Assembly: GCA_973851085.1 (NCBI GenBank)
Contig: OZ316775.1
Location: 3,100,001-3,164,000, forward strand
Origin: Ptychomitrium polyphyllum
Lineage: Eukaryota
Length of the DNA stretch: 64,000 nucleotides
Reading direction: 5' to 3'
Shown: in pieces, positions 54,582 to 64,000 of the stretch
How the letters are laid out: each line of letters opens with the position of its first letter
Position numbering within the stretch: position 1 is the first letter of the stretch
Notes under the pieces: model-generated
What the model saw: only the letters and a program-made list of their open reading frames with translations
The model's database searches: none
What the model was told of the DNA's origin: nothing
Position numbers and translations under genes: made by a program

Positions 54582-56157
54582 GACTGGATTTGATGAAAAT
54601 TTAATAACATTAAATATCACTTAATTATATTTGTTGTTTAAGATTACTATTAATGGATTGGTCTCATGAATAATATTTCCAAAATATAAGGGTCGACCAT
54701 CTGTGACTTCTACATAAACGAATTTGGATTTTCCAATTATAAGAAATTTATGGCCTTTCATGAATTCTTTGTCAATAAAGCAAGCAGAAGCTCTTGAATT
54801 TATTAGAACAAGGCTTTTGATTTCTCAACATCTAAACTAATAGGTATAGTAAAACAAAAAGAAGAATGAGCTGATAAAACTAAACGTTTTTTTTCTTGCA
54901 AAGGAAGCAAATTCAACCGCACGGTTCTTGCTCTGGCTAGACATTTTTGTTTTCCTGCAAAGCATTTGGCATTGAAGTTGAACCTCTCATCTGCTATGTA
55001 CGTAGAAGTTTCTCTAGGCAGTTATCATTCTTGTGGCTAGATTTTTCCACAATACAAACACAACCTTTGCTCCCTTCACCGCTTCTTCTCGCGTGTAGGA
55101 AGGGGCTTGAAGGAAATTGCATCAATCTGCATGGCTTTTGTTCTCAAATACTTATTAAAAATAGACGAGGCTGCAGCTACTAAAAAGTTGGTATATAGCC
55201 AAGGCGTAATAAAAGTTTTTTTTATCTTGTCAACGTTGAAATAGAAGATTATTGCACTTCAAAGCTTGGCTGATGGCCTCATTAGGTGTTTGGAGGTCTG
55301 GCATGGATAGCAATAAATCCTTAATCTCATCGTGTATGCCCCAATGAAATTGATTCATCAGAGCTTCTTCCTCCAATTCATGTCGCATATAAATTATCAA
55401 AATTCCGATGCATAAATTGATATAGAATGTGGCCCTTGGCACAAGACACGAATCTTAGTGGTTGCAGAACAAATCTTGTCATGGTCACCAAATGCTTCTA
55501 CAAACGCGGCTAGGAATGCATCAAAGTTGCTAAGTATGAAAGAATTATTCTCAAAAAGTGGTGCAAACCATGACAATGCTTGTCCTGAGAGTAACTTTTC
55601 TACCAAACCAACACACAAAGCATTTGTAGGATACCATCAAGGTTGAAGCAAGCTAACAAGTTGAACTTAATTTATAAAGCTTCAAAATTTTGAACGCGTA
55701 CCATCAAACTTCTCCAAAAGGCCAATTCTTGGTTCTTTGGTTGTTGACATTGAATTCCTAGCTCAAACTTGTACGTCATCTACCAAATCAAGTCTAGATG
55801 ATGAAGCATCTAAATTGACTTGGATTGCAATTGCGGTGCTTCTGTTCCTTGACCATTGTGTATGATCAAATACAATTCTATGTTTTGCTTAGATAAAGTC
55901 TCAGCCTTAATCCTCGATGCTTCAAGGACATTGATAAATGGAATCTAACGTTGTTTCTTTTGAATTAGTCATATTGACTTCTTCACCTCTTAGCATAGAA
56001 ATGAAATGGGAACAAACAAAAATTACTAAATATGCAAAAAATTAAAGAGAATTCAAGAAGGAAATATCATTCCAAAGGATGGTAATCCGCAACTTCTAGA
56101 GTGCTATAGTGCTTTCGAGAAAAATGATGATCTGTTGTTCATCAAGAAAGACCAAGC

Positions 56158-56278
56158 TCTGATATTATTATATAACAGTCTTGACAAATTGTTATCTGAT
56201 ATTATTATATAACAGTCTTGACAAATTGTTACAAATTGTTATCTGATATTATTATATAACAGTCTTGACAAATTGTTA
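56158..56278 (+). repeat. Three perfect 37-bp copies spanning the PBS/5' LTR junction
   Basis: tctgatattattatataacagtcttgacaaattgtta at 56158-56194, 56195-56231 and 56242-56278, with a 10-nt partial copy between copies 2 and 3. Confidence 0.92.
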
Positions 56279-56660
56279 CAAATAGATCTTGACAAACTGT
56301 TGTAAGACAAGGCTTTAAGATTGTAAGATGTGGAACAAGATATGTCCAAGGTATATTAGAGGTAAAGAGCTACAACAAGGTACAAAAGACAAGGGCAGAA
56401 GATCTGAACTAGACCACAAGACAAGCGTTGTCAAGACTAAAGATCTTTCCAGCCTCAATTCCTATATATACTATAACTACAAACCTTGGAAGCTTCTACT
56501 ACATTATTTTGTACTCAAACAACCTTGAGTTGCTTCCTTGGAAGCTTCTTAAGCCAAGGTAACTTTCTTGGAAGCTTCTTAAGCCGAGGTAACTTCTTTA
56601 GAAGCTTCTTAAACCTTTTAAGAATCTTTCTAGATGATTTTAATATGTATGTTTGGAACA
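56168..56660 (-). repeat. 5' LTR of the gypsy element
   Basis: Starts TGTT at 56660 on the minus strand and ends next to the PBS; homologous to 50093-50281; contains ~30-bp ggaagcttcttaagcc subrepeats. Confidence 0.8.
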
Positions 56661-58050
56661 CATAAGGATTTGTTATGCATGGTACGAATTTCACCTTAAC
56701 TTATTTTTAATCTTTTGAGTATTATATGTTGTGTTATGCTAATTAGATTGTTGATGTAATTAAAGATTTGATTTTGCAAGTGTATATTGCTTGATATCAA
56801 AAAGTATATTAAATGTGCTTATTATTAAAATGTCGTGAAAAAATACAAGGTAGAAAATAAGATGAATTTTTATTTTTTTTGAAATTGTGTTAAGATTGTT
56901 ATCATAAAAATCAGATGTTATAATTGATTTTTTAATTATATTTTAAAAAATAGTATTTCAAATTGATGTTAATATAACATGTGTTAAAGCATAATAACAA
57001 CATGTTGAAATTGATGCATATATTCTTTATAAAAGATCCAAGAAAAGATCATGCTAAAAAAACATCACACATTCCTGGATATCAAAGAATCTTTGCATTT
57101 TTATTCAAATTTTGTTATAAAGAATACATTGTTAAATTTACCTTAATATTACCATGATAAATCATATAAGTCCAACTTATCAAACAAGTGAGCATAGATT
57201 TATAAATACTAAATTTTTCATATAAAAAATTATATATTGCATTATCTTAAGGCATATCATTATTAAAAATGATTATTGCAAATTCAAATTTTACAAATTA
57301 ATGAGTATGGTTTATTATACCAAACACATTAAACATGTAATTTGAAAAAAAATAATTATAAAACAAAGGTTTAGCACTAAAATTGATAAGAATAAAATTA
57401 AAAAACTAATAAATATGTTATACATATCAATATTTCAACATTCCAACATTTGTTGTATTAATTTCATGGCTTTTATCTTTTCTATTGGAATATTATTTTG
57501 ATCCATTGCTTCAACTTCTAAAGTCTTTGATATAAGACCTATATATTTTGTATATAATAATTAGCATAGGATTTATTAATAAAATAAGTACTTGCTTTAA
57601 AATGAAGCGGGCTAAACTTTCTTTATTCTAAAAAATAATGAAGGCTTAGCTACTTTAATTTCAAAGCAATTAATTGCTTTATTAAAAAATGTTGTGATAC
57701 AAATTCTTCAAAGTCAAAAGTGGTCATTACTTTTTGTAACAAAATTTTATTTTCACTTTGTGTTGATTTTGCCAATTTACTTCAAATTTTCTCCTCAAAA
57801 AGATACTATCACAAGAGCTTTTATTTGCAATTCTTACAATTGAAAATGCCCTACTGATGATCATGGGCCCTACAACCTTCTATGTTAATATGATTATTAA
57901 AACATAAAAATATTACAGGTGACCAAAAATTCAGTTTGGATATGATTTCATCTTCTCTTTTAAATGGGAATAGAGAAAAACCACCTCGCTACAATCGAGC
58001 AAGTCCTTACATGCACAAACTACCGCTTATGGGTGCGCTCCTACTTTACA

Positions 58051-58068
58051 TACGTGGCTTTACGTGGA
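58051..58068 (+). promoter_or_regulatory. Paired ABRE/G-box-like motifs upstream of the ATPase
   Basis: tacgtggc tt tacgtgga; ACGTGGC is the canonical ABRE core. Function is inferred. Confidence 0.45.
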
Positions 58069-58226
58069 CGGTTGATGCACCGCAATCTTAAAGGTAGCCG
58101 CGGCTGTAGCGCAGAAATTGGATCTCGGAGCCCGTGATCGCAGCCGGATCATAAGGACTGCAGTCTATATATTCGTTGTCCATTGCTCGATCAACATCTG
58201 CATGATGATATGTTTGTACTCAGGTT

Positions 58227-58262
58227 ATACCCGTGTGATACCAGTGTGATACCCGTGTGATA
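58227..58262 (+). repeat. 11-bp tandem repeat x3 in the ATPase promoter region
   Basis: atacccgtgtg ataccagtgtg atacccgtgtg ata. Confidence 0.85.
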
Positions 58263-59385
58263 TTTGGGCAGGATAAATAGCGAAATAGAAAGGCGTGGCC
58301 TGTGTGGGGCGAAAGCTTCTTTTCGGCGAGGGCTCGGACTTACGGAGTGGATTGGCCGCGATCACATCGCGATTCCTGATCGCGCATGTTTCTCGGGGAG
58401 TGTGCATCACAGTAATCAATCATCTCGTTGATTAGTTGCACTAGCACGTTGTCTGCAAACAGTATGCATACCAGCCGATGATTTGACATGAGCACCCAAC
58501 GCAATTTTACTTGGTCAGCGCTCATCTAGATTTAGCACCCTCGGTGTTGTTGGTTGCGATTGATCATCCGAGCATCACAGTCCCGACGTCTTTTCATTAA
58601 CTGTTGTTGTTGTAGGATCAACCTACGTCGAGGTTTACTGTGACTGGATCCCATGTGAGATGAGTGGGACCGTCGGTTGATGTGAGGGTAGTGGAGAGTG
58701 AGCGAGTGAGTGAGTCGGTTGTGAAGAGATGGATTGTGGAGGCAAAAGAGCAACCTCGATGAGTTGACGAGGTCGCTGCGACAACGGTGGGGTTGCGAAG
58801 TTACTGGTTGCGGACCAAAGGTGCAGCCTTTGATTGGGTCCAAGTGGATGGGCCATGGCTGCCGACTTCTGTTGAATTGTCGAAACCTTTTCTGGTTTTT
58901 TTTCTCGGGGGGCGGTGCGTGAAGACGAGTGAGCTAGAGAGTCGCGTCACTGACAGCGTGGTTTGGATTTGGCCACAATGTCATGCCAACAGGCTGAAAA
59001 GGATTTGGGATTTTTTTAATGACTGGAGGTTTTCCATCGCACATGGCGTTGGAAGTTTCGGCTTTTGTGCTGTCCATGCGTGAAGGAGATGTTTTGCTTT
59101 GTTGTGAGGGTCGAAGTTGTTTGATTGAGTAGGGTTGGTAGGGTGAGGTTGTGGTTTTGATGATGAGGCCATTTTATTGGTGCTTGTGCCGAATTGGAAT
59201 AGAGGCTTTTGGGACAGCTGAGTACGTAGAGGCCTGTCGGTGCCAAGATCGGCAGCGCCGTATGGAAGATGTGATTCTTAGAGCTCCCATAGTGCACATT
59301 TGAGGTGGATGGATTCTGGAATACGGTCCGGCGCATTTTCTTCCTAGTGTTGAGCTGTTTCTGGAAGGGCTGCTACAGAGTAAAG

Positions 59386-62300
59386 ATGAAGCAGTGGGTG
59401 GCGCCCGTAGCTTACTTGGTAGCGTCTGTATCTGTCACCGTCGTGGCCGTGGTGGGAATCGTCAGGCACGATAGCCCTGAATCGGTGCCGAATCTTTATG
59501 TAGGGTTGCTTGTATTTGGAGTGCTGGGGACGCTCTTGTCAATTCCGCCGATTGAGAAGGTGTGGCGGAAGCAACAAAGGAGGAAGGAGGACAAGAAAGG
59601 GAAAGGTTATGTGGAGAAGCTGAATACCCAGCTGCAGCTTCCGCCATGGTCCTGCAGTGCGGGGTCATTGTGTCAACAGCTGGGGGTTCGCCCCACGCTG
59701 GGTTTGACGACGAGCGAAGCCCGGGATAGGTTGCGGGAGCATGGGTCCAACCGTATTGAAGTCCTGGTCATGCCGAACTACTTGAGCTACTTCGTGAAGG
59801 AGATTTACGAGCCTACACAGGTGCATGACCTAAGAAGATTGTGTTGGCCGATACCTAAGTTTTGTGCCAATGGTAGGTCAGGTGGAAATGATTTGATTTA
59901 GGCTGTCTCACATGACACAGCCTAACAAGGAGCTGGATTTTTTATTTATGATACTTTTGATTGATTTTCTGGCGCAGCTGCTGCTGCTGTGCGTGGGCGG
60001 ATTGTATGTCATGTTCGGGGGCTTGGAAGAAGGCGCAACGGCATTCATAGTGATCTTCCTGGTTGTTATCGCGGAAGTTGGAACGGAATGGCGTGCCAAG
60101 CGAGCATTGGCGGCGTTGAAGCTGTCCACTCCCCGTGATGCAGTTGTGAAGAGAGAAGGCCAGTTGCAGACCATTCCTGCCTGCGATGTAGTCCCTGGCG
60201 ACATCGTCCAACTCAGTGTCGGCATGGTATGTGGTTCCGTGCCCTTCTGCTCTCCTTCTCTTGCTCGAAGACGACAATTCTGCGAATGAATCATGCTGTG
60301 TTGCCCTCTGAGTTCTTCACAGAAACACTGACCTCACTGCAACAGGGGTTTCTTGTTACAGGAAGTGCCTGCAGATGTACGAATCTTGCAATCGCAGTTT
60401 CTTGAGGTTGATGAGTCCAAAATGACTGGCGAATCAGTTCCTGTGCTCAAGGATCCCTTCGCACTGCACCCAAAGGATGCGCCTCTCTTTGAATTGACCA
60501 ACATTGCCACTGCCGGCAGTTTGGTGACCAAAGGTAAGGGTATGGGCTTGGTATACCAAACAGGGCTTGCGACAACGCTGGGTCAGATTCTTGCATGTTC
60601 GCAGAAGACGAAAGAAAAGAAAACGAAGCTGCAAATTATCCTGAAAGAAGTTGCGTGGATCCTCAGCATGGCGGCATTATTTGCGAGTGTGGTGGGAGCA
60701 TTGTTAGGCTTCCTGAAGCACCAACGATGGCAAGATGTTCTCCTGTCAGGTCTTAGCCTAGCGTTTGCCTCCATTCCCGAGGAGCTTCCAATCCTTATTG
60801 CTGCGGTCTTGGCAGTGGGCAGTCAAACCCTTTCCCGAAAGAACGTGTACGTGAAATTTCTGCGTGCAGCAGAGAACTTGGGGTTTGTGGACACTGTGCT
60901 CACGGATAAGACTGGAACTCTCACGGAGAACAAGTTAGTTCTCCATTCGATGCACTTCGGAGAATGCCTTGTACCTGCAAACGAGATACCCTCAAGAATT
61001 GCGGAGGGTTTTGATGTAACAGGGTTTGAAGCTCTACTCAAGGCTTGGGTCTTCATGTCAGAGATTGGGGACGCAGTTAAAGAGGTTAAGGCCGAAAATG
61101 ACATTGCTGTTGTGCATGCACTTGTTGAAGAGAGAGAACTTCCAGGGGTTTCTCAGGGTGAAGAGGTTGTTGATGAGATTCATTTGGATATCATGCCATT
61201 GACGGGCGTTGTGGAGCTTGGACGAATTGAAGACAACCCAATTGAAATTCCTCAGAGTAAGCCTTGCAATATTCCTAGAGGTCGATGTTTCTAGTTTCTG
61301 TTTCTTCCGGAATCACTATTAGTCTATTACCTAGGGTTCGACAACCACTTGCAAGAGATTTTTGAAACCTTCGGTGAGCATCGGAATGTTGATAGTAACA
61401 CAGAGATTCTGTTGTGTGGTGGTTTTTTGGCATTCAGATGTTGCGGCTGGTGATGTATTTGACCGTGCGGTATTGGGAGGCTTCGGAGCGACGTTCGAGC
61501 AAAAGACAGCAGATTCAGTTCCTGTACTAATTGCTAAAGATACCCCAATTGAACAGCACCTCCAGGCAGTGCAAGATGCAAAGGCAGAAGCCAATTTATC
61601 TGATGAGACCCCGTTTTGTCCAACGCTGAAATTTGCCTCCCGGACATTCAGCTTGCTCAGAGAAAGGAGGTCAGTGCTAGTTCTCCATGTTGCTTCCCTG
61701 GAAGTTTAATGAGCTGGGAAGATGGTAAATCAGTATTATTAATTAGAATATTCTGAACTATTGAAGACTTCTGCATATTACAGAAGGTCCTGAGTCCAAG
61801 TTTTCATGTAGAGTCTACTCACTCACGAGTTTCAAGGATCTTTAATTTAATGTTCCAAGATTGTAACTTTTGGTGCAACATGCTAGTGTACATACCTCTG
61901 GTCATATTGCTTTTTTGTGATGCGCTTCAATTTTGATGGGAATTTTGTCATCTTTACAGAGCTGATTTTGAAGTGCATCGAGTAAAGTACATGAAAGGCG
62001 CTCCGGAGTTGCTCTTGGAGCTTTCTACATATGCACTACACGACGGAAGATACGCCCTAGTTGAAAATATGCGACAGCAGCTGGAGGAGCAGATATGGGC
62101 CTCTGCATCAGCAGGTCAGCAAATATCTCAGTCCATTCCGTGTTAATTTTAAGGCGAACCCACAAACTCTGTTTGCGTCTGTTTTAATGTAGCCATAGAT
62201 TCCAACTTGTCGAGTCTGCAAACTGATTCAAGCTTTCTGTGCAGGCCTCCGGCTCATTGGTTATGCACGGAGTGTGACCCACACATCAGAAGACATAGCA

Positions 62301-63862
62301 AATCAGGCCCGCGGTGACCCAAATTCTGCTACAGCCATGGAAGGCACAACGTTTCTTGGCTTCATGGCTTTCCAAGACCCAGTACGGGAAGGTGTGGCTG
62401 AAGCTGTGGAAAAATGCCACCAAGCAGGTGTCCGGGTCATCATGGTAACCGGCGACCACCTTAAAACTGGACTCGCTATTGCATCAGCTTCCGGAATCCT
62501 TGATAGTCAAGGCCTTGAAGGAAGTGAAGACGTTGCAGGTGTTTCTTGTGCAGATAGTTTTTTGCAATCTATGTTAGATGAAGAAGTCAAAAAGATTGTT
62601 TCAAAGACAAGTGTCTTCGCACGTGCCACTCCAAATGACAAACTCATCATACTGGAGACACTTCAAGGCTTCGGGAAGTGCGTGATGGCCACTGGCGATG
62701 GTATTTAACCGTTATCTACCTTGACTAGTCGTCATTTTGAATTCTAAGGGTTTGAGATTAACCATTCGTTATTAGAGAGCAACTGGACGACAATGGGAGC
62801 ATTTCTCGTTTTAAGAGATTGGCCTCTACGAAGATACGTGATGTGACTTGGTTTACGTTTCTCTTCAAATTAGGTTTCAATGATGCTCCTATTTTAGCCA
62901 AGGCCGACGTGGGAGCGGCGATGGGGAAAGGAACAGATGTGGCACGTGAAGCAGCCTCGATCGTCTTTGTGGACGATAATTTTGCGATGGTGCCGTTTGC
63001 TCTTGCAGAGGGGCGACGATTGCTCGACAACTTGCGGAAGGCGCTAGCTTTCTACCTGGGCGCCAAGACTGGCCTTATCATGATTTTTGTCATCGGAACT
63101 TTGTGGAAAAGGTAAAGAGAAATTCAACATCTTACTGAAACTACACAACTACACATCTTCGCTTTTGCTTCCTGTATATGGTGTAGTTTTTCGAATGATT
63201 GGTGTATTTGTTTTGAGCATTTGTGGAGACCGAACCCTAGTACTGATAGATATTCTACCTGTTTTGTGTGATGAAGCTTTCCTTTGAGTGCCATCCACAT
63301 CATAGTCCTGGAGCTTTTCATGGATTTGGGCGCGAGCACATCGTTCGTGATGGAATTGGCGGACACAGACATCATGAGCAGGCCTCCTCACAGCGCAGCA
63401 AAGCGCTTCTTCGACCGTGAGCTCATCGGAGGTATTCTTGTTTCTGCCGTGTGCATGCTCCTCACTGTTTTGTTAAGCTTTGCTTATGGGATTCATCGTA
63501 ACCCTAATACTGCACAAACGAGCGCATTCGTGGCTTGGCTGCTTGCACATGTGTTGCTAGCTTTCAACTTGAGAACGATTCGGGAGCCAGTGTATGTTAA
63601 GGGATTTTTCTCGAATCCAGTGATGCTCGTTTGGCTTGTGACTGCTATTGGCCTGGCTATAACAAGTGCAGCGTCCGGCATTCTGAGAAGTCACTTGAAG
63701 TTGGTAGTGTTGCCATGGAATCAATGGTTGGTTATTGCTGGCATTTGTATTTGTGGTACATTTTGGGTGGAGATTGTAAAGATTGTTCTCGCTCGAAGGA
63801 CGAGGTCAGATGATAGTGACAGGTCACGTGAGGAGCAAGCCTCCTTGTTAGCTGCACCATAA
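59386..63862 (+). CDS. P2-type cation-transporting P-type ATPase with atypical ion-binding residues, 1081 aa
   Basis: Exons 59386-59820, 59978-60226, 60362-61256, 61438-61669, 61960-62114, 62245-62700, 62874-63111, 63277-63862 (3246 nt, all GT-AG and in phase). Motifs TGES, IPEELP, DKTGTLT, KGAPE, DPVR, MVTGD, ARATP, TGDGFNDAP and C-terminal hydrophobic helices. The start codon is the first in-frame ATG and is inferred. Confidence 0.93.
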
Positions 63863-64000
63863 AGTTGTTCGAAGTTATTGGAGGGTACAGAATACGGTAG
63901 GTTACAACCCTTGTTATTGTGGACTTAGGATAGATCACTGTGTACAGTGCCTCGGTGTTGGGGGAGAATTCATTGTTGTGAAAAATACCCTGAAAGCATT

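Larger units (their letters stand above)
50093..56660 (-). mobile_element. Degenerate Ty3/gypsy chromovirus (Tcn1-like) LTR retrotransposon
   Basis: Minus strand: gag (LLSGQALSWFAP, FHWGIHDEIKDLL), protease, RT ([17 protein letters not shown] at ~53190), RNase H, integrase (MDFITNL, HPQIDGQIEQVNKILEQYLR), chromodomain ([26 protein letters not shown], ~50970-51050). PPT at 50282-50300. Decayed tRNA-Met PBS gctctgatatta at 56156-56167. Many stops and frameshifts. Confidence 0.93.

Noticed and set aside
54291..56278. CRISPR-like arrays (31-bp and 37-bp repeats)
   Set aside because: Tandem repeats without unique spacers, inside LTR sequence of a eukaryotic genome, with no cas genes.
58225..59336. 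Short ORFs upstream of the ATPase
   Set aside because: GC-rich promoter, leader and intron sequence with no protein-like features.
40920..63862. Metal/ion-homeostasis gene cluster (PLAC8 plus P-type ATPase)
   Set aside because: The genes are ~17 kb apart, separated by RRS1 and a retroelement, with no evidence of co-regulation.

Overview
Eukaryotic plant nuclear DNA with GT-AG introns. Gene types, Tcn1-like chromoviral retroelements and AT-rich, CpG-depleted intergenic DNA suggest a moss such as Physcomitrium patens (inference). Four intact multi-exon genes were reconstructed by hand: an ACT-domain-repeat (ACR) protein (+, 27415-29456), a Cys-rich PLAC8/PCR-family protein (-, 40920-42156), the ribosome-biogenesis factor RRS1 (-, 46995-49788) and a P2-type P-type ATPase (+, 59386-63862). 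The rest is mostly transposon debris eroded by C>T/G>A transitions: a full-length Tc1 (DD34E) relic with TIRs, split by a 1.2 kb insertion; a 5'-truncated LINE with RNase H, zinc knuckle and restriction-like endonuclease (RandI/Dualen architecture); a possible Helitron helicase fragment; and a chromodomain gypsy element with a nested solo LTR. The best candidate for new biology is the ATPase. It has an intact catalytic core but non-canonical ion-binding residues (PEEL in M4, Lys in M5, ELxxD in M6, His in M8), two extra N-terminal hydrophobic helices and ABRE-like promoter motifs. No CRISPR array, rRNA or convincing tRNA was seen. There is a 100-N assembly gap at 2284-2383. All motif matches are by eye, not from database searches.
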